A stretch of 63,858 nt of DNA, the filler included, from Octopus bimaculoides (Eukaryota): NCBI RefSeq assembly GCF_001194135.2. It is 6 parts of 6 records of this genome, joined end to end, with 100 filler letters (N's around TTAATTAATTAA, not from the genome) between each part and the next. Parts side by side here need not be neighbours in the genome. Positions count along the whole stretch, not along the records: positions 59,161 to 63,858 come from NW_026303539.1; 5 more parts are not named here. One strand, 5' to 3'. Below the pieces are notes generated by a model. That model was not told the origin of the DNA, ran no database searches, and was given only the letters and a program-made list of their open reading frames with translations. Both the position numbers and the translations under genes were made by a program. Positions 62,459 to 63,858 of this stretch are shown in pieces; within the stretch, counting starts at the first letter, position 1; each line of letters starts with the position of its first letter.

Positions 62459-63150
62459 TCAAATTAATCTCAGAACTTGAGGCAATCCAACGAAGCTACA
62501 CGAAGAAGATAGCCTCTATGCAGCATATAAGCTATTGGGAAAGACTCAAGAGATTAAGACTCTATTCCTTAGAGCGTAGACGAGAAAGATATGCCATAAT
62601 ATACATCTGGAAGATCCTCGAAGGAATTGTCCCAAACTTTGGCATCGAAAGTTACACAAATAAAAGAACTGGACGCCATTGCATAGTGCCAAGGACTCCA
62701 AATTTGCCATCAAGATGTAGGACAAGATACTGCAATAGCCTGGGCTTCAAAGGTCCACAGCTCTTCAATATCCTCCCGAAGGACCTGAGAGACCTGCATG
62801 CGGTGGATGTAGGTGTCTTCAAGACAAGGCTGGACCTCTTCCTGTCAGGTGTCCCAGATGAACCAACTTCACGGCAGGAGNNNNNNNNNNNNNNNNNNNN
62901 NNNNNNNNNNNNNNNNNNNNNNNNNNNNNNNNNNNNNNNNNNNNNNNNNNNNNNNNNNNNNNNNNNNNNNNNNNNNNGAGAGCAGCTGCATCAAACTCTC
63001 TCATGCACCAAATGTCAATTCCTGAAGTAAAATTCATGAAGTAAAATTCATGAAGTAAAATTCATGAAGTAAAATTGTGTAGCAACACCAAATGGCGGTG
63101 CCCCAGCATGGCCACAGCTCATGAGCTGAAACTAGATAAAATGAAATGAA
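62459..63150 (+). mobile_element. 5'-truncated, less diverged CR1-like LINE
   Basis: Open frame ELEAIQRSYTKKIASMQHISYWERLKRLRLYSLERRRERYAIIYIWKILEG..FKTRLDLFLSGVPDEP; 14-bp x4 repeat in 3' UTR; (TGAAA) tail. Confidence 0.9.
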
Positions 63151-63161
63151 AAATATATATA

Positions 63162-63858
63162 TTGGGTCATCCCATAGATAATGTGTTTTTTTTCAATTGC
63201 ATGAACTAAAAGTAGGGACAGGATAAACTACCTGCATCAACTTACTATAAAAGCAGGCAGTAATTTTACCTTGTCCTTGTTCTTAATGCAACCTTTAAAA
63301 GTGCTGTTCGATTTGAACAGTTATTTTTTCAAAGCTATAAGGGAAATAACAAAGGAGCATATTCGGCATATTTTGCTTTATGAGTCCAAAAAAGGCAACA
63401 ATGCAATGAAAAGTGTGAGGAATATTGAAGCAGTATATGAGGATCGGACAATAAGTATAAGCCAGGGTCAACAGTGGTTCAAGAAATTCTGAGCTGGAAA
63501 CTACAGCCTAGATGGCAAGCCTCATCCTGGAAGATTTGTAGAACTCAACGAGAACCCAGGTGGAACAAAATCCCATCATAACTGTTGAGGAACTAGCAGA
63601 GAAGCTTGGATTTGGACATTCAACCATTCATCAACACCTACACTAGAAAAACTGTCATCTTTGGTTTGAAGATAAAAGATGTTCTTCCATCAGGATAATG
63701 TCTGGCCACATACAGTGAGGATGACATTCCAAAAGATGGAGCAGTTTGAATGGGAAACGATGCCCCACCTACCATAATCACTGGACATTGCCATCTGATT
63801 ATCATTTATTCTTCAATCTTCAAAATCATTTGGATGGAAAAAATATGAATTCTGTAGA
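63162..63858 (+). mobile_element. mariner element (second family), internally deleted, running off the window
   Basis: TIR-like ttgggtcatcccata after TA; EITKEHIRHILLYE..KGNNA; FHQDNVWPHT..PHLP.SLDIA..DYHLF. Confidence 0.85.

Overview
Eukaryotic, repeat-saturated, gap-rich DNA. The SINE families and dense (AT)/(AC)/(TATC)/(AAT) microsatellites suggest an Octopus (coleoid cephalopod) assembly; this is inference from repeat resemblance. Most ORFs in the supplied track are microsatellite or N-gap artefacts. Supportable content: (i) several tRNA-headed SINE families, labelled A, B, C and E here, plus a (GAT)n-tailed family D; (ii) decayed LINEs: CR1-like, Tx1-like, Dong/R4 and RTE; (iii) a decayed Penelope-like (PLE) RT; (iv) Tc1/mariner, maT, pogo/Tigger, hAT and Helitron-like remnants and MITEs; (v) one candidate host exon on the minus strand (39355-39469). 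The most interesting signal is a set of minimal type I hammerhead ribozyme motifs. One lies in a 515-bp, TSD-flanked element with direct and inverted repeats (42309-42823) that looks like a PLE pseudo-LTR or retrozyme. Also notable: two SINE-LINE 3' tail partnerships visible within the window (one with compensatory hairpin changes), a Tx1-like LINE sitting in (TATC)n, and a MITE carrying head-to-head telomeric repeats. Alignments, counts and repeat boundaries were done by eye; no database searches were run.
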